DNA from: a virus
Lineage: Duplodnaviria; Caudoviricetes
Length of the DNA stretch: 64,000 nt
Virus record (IMG/VR): IMGVR_UViG_3300008114_000046
Coordinates: 6,869-70,868 of that record
Strand: one strand, 5' to 3'
The notes under the pieces were generated by a model. The model saw only the letters and a list, made by a program, of their open reading frames with translations, made no database searches and had not been told where the DNA came from. Positions within the stretch are counted from its first letter, which is position 1, and the number at the start of each line of letters is the position of its first letter. A program made the translations under genes and the position numbers. Shown in pieces: positions 62,969-64,000 of the stretch.

Positions 62969-63523
62969 TTAAGCGGCAATAAACCATTCTGGAGTTGGCC
63001 GCTTGGTCCATGCCATCTTGAATCGATCCTGTTTGGTCTGATAGAACTTACGATAAGATCCTACGATGTCATTGTAGTTAATACACTCAGGATTAGCCTT
63101 CATGGCTAGTGGCTGAGGAGTCTTGTAACCAACGGGAATGTTACGAGGCAATTGCTTAAGTACCTCACGTAGCAACGTATCGGTGGCATGAACCTTACCA
63201 TAACGATACGTATACTCGTCACAGAGAGCTACAAAATGGACATAATGCCAGTTGTAGTTGTTGTTGCTCTCGGCCGTCCAGATGGTACAAGGGTGATGCA
63301 TATGAACTGCACGATAGAGAACATCCTCACGGCTGTCAGGAAGAGTCCATGCCTTTGACATGGTCTTGCCAGACTTTGATGGCACACGAGTCTGTACGCC
63401 GTCAAGCATACGATGAACTGTCGAAAGCATTTGAGCTGACTCGACAATCATCTTGACAACGTGCTTATCGCACTGCAATTGAGCGGCTACAACTGGATCA
63501 CTATCAAGAACAAATAAATTCAT
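62969..63523 (-). CDS. Pyrimidine-dimer DNA glycosylase (DenV-related) family protein
   Basis: MNLFVLDSDP...CDKHVVKMIVESAQMLST...HHPCTIW...EYTYRYGKVH. Confidence 0.72.
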   Translation of the reverse strand: MNLFVLDSDPVVAAQLQCDKHVVKMIVESAQMLSTVHRMLDGVQTRVPSKSGKTMSKAWTLPDSREDVLYRAVHMHHPCTIWTAESNNNYNWHYVHFVALCDEYTYRYGKVHATDTLLREVLKQLPRNIPVGYKTPQPLAMKANPECINYNDIVGSYRKFYQTKQDRFKMAWTKRPTPEWFIAA

Positions 63524-63566
63524 AATAATACCTTAATACATCAAACACGAAATATTGTACACCGTT

Positions 63567-63833
63567 TTATATCTGAATTCCTGTGGTCTGCTTAATATAC
63601 TGATTTGCTACCATCTGGCCAGTTTTCACAGCACCAACAATAGTAGTATCAGAGATCAATACGTTACTATCAGGTGCAGACACCAACCATGGCATCATAC
63701 CGAATCCACCATTACCAGTCATGGCAATAGATCGTGGCTTAATAAGCTCAGTCACTCCACCTTCTTGCTTCACTCGTGCAATGATTTCCTCACCCGAGAT
63801 AAGCTTAATTGTATAAACTTCATTCTGTTCCAT
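63567..63833 (-). CDS. Small Sm-like hypothetical protein
   Basis: TIKLISGEEIIARV...MMPW pattern. Confidence 0.6.
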   Translation of the reverse strand: MEQNEVYTIKLISGEEIIARVKQEGGVTELIKPRSIAMTGNGGFGMMPWLVSAPDSNVLISDTTIVGAVKTGQMVANQYIKQTTGIQI

Positions 63834-63999
63834 TGTCTTCTACCTTATGCACGTATTTAAATTTCTGTTCTTCTGGCCAAGCTTTAAGATAGTCATTGTC
63901 CTCGTCAAACAAGCGAAGATACTCTGCATCATCGATAACACGAGTAGAAGTGATTGTCTCGTCAAGATGTAACTGACTAAACTCTTCAGCCTCTTTGAA
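63820..63999 (-). CDS. 3' end of a hypothetical gene truncated by the window edge
   Basis: Open frame FKEAEEFSQLHLDETITSTRVIDDAEYLRLFDEDNDYL...GTE*. Confidence 0.55.
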   Translation of the reverse strand, partial: FKEAEEFSQLHLDETITSTRVIDDAEYLRLFDEDNDYLKAWPEEQKFKYVHKVEDNGTE

Positions 64000-64000
64000 A

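Overview
A 64-kb segment of a large T4-like (Tevenvirinae-related) myovirus genome. The host is most likely an alphaproteobacterium, judged from a circularly permuted two-piece tmRNA with tag ANDNTAYEGLALAA. Left part (1-26 kb): baseplate/tail module (VrlC-like, gp8, gp7, gp6, gp25, gp5, hub, gp53, gp48 on the - strand; gp4, gp2, gp54, gp26, gp51 and two tape-measure-like muralytic paralogues on the + strand). Middle (26-49.6 kb, - strand): gp32, gp59, gp33, SleB-like hydrolase, tmRNA, SNase, DUF932, 2OG-Fe(II) oxygenase, exonuclease, PhoH, RNase H, a heptose-type sugar cluster (GmhA, HddA, glycosyltransferase, HAD phosphatase), glutaredoxin, SpeD, GIY-YIG, NrdAB, ThyX and primase. Right part (49.6-64 kb): membrane/lysis genes with an embedded Rz/Rz1-type spanin pair, probable capsid-internal proteins, Dps, and a ligase-fold/HxGH-nucleotidyltransferase/HAD trio. 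Most notable: (1) the heptose-activation/glycosylation cluster plus an orphan sugar methyltransferase; (2) a correctly phased -1 slippery site that would fuse gp26 to gp51 just upstream of the tape measure; (3) an unexplained ~270-nt structured RNA next to the tmRNA; (4) the putative virion-packaged ligase/NTase/phosphatase trio. Three out-of-frame breaks look like deletions or assembly gaps. All family assignments come from motif recognition and T4-like synteny by eye; no database searches or folding programs were run.
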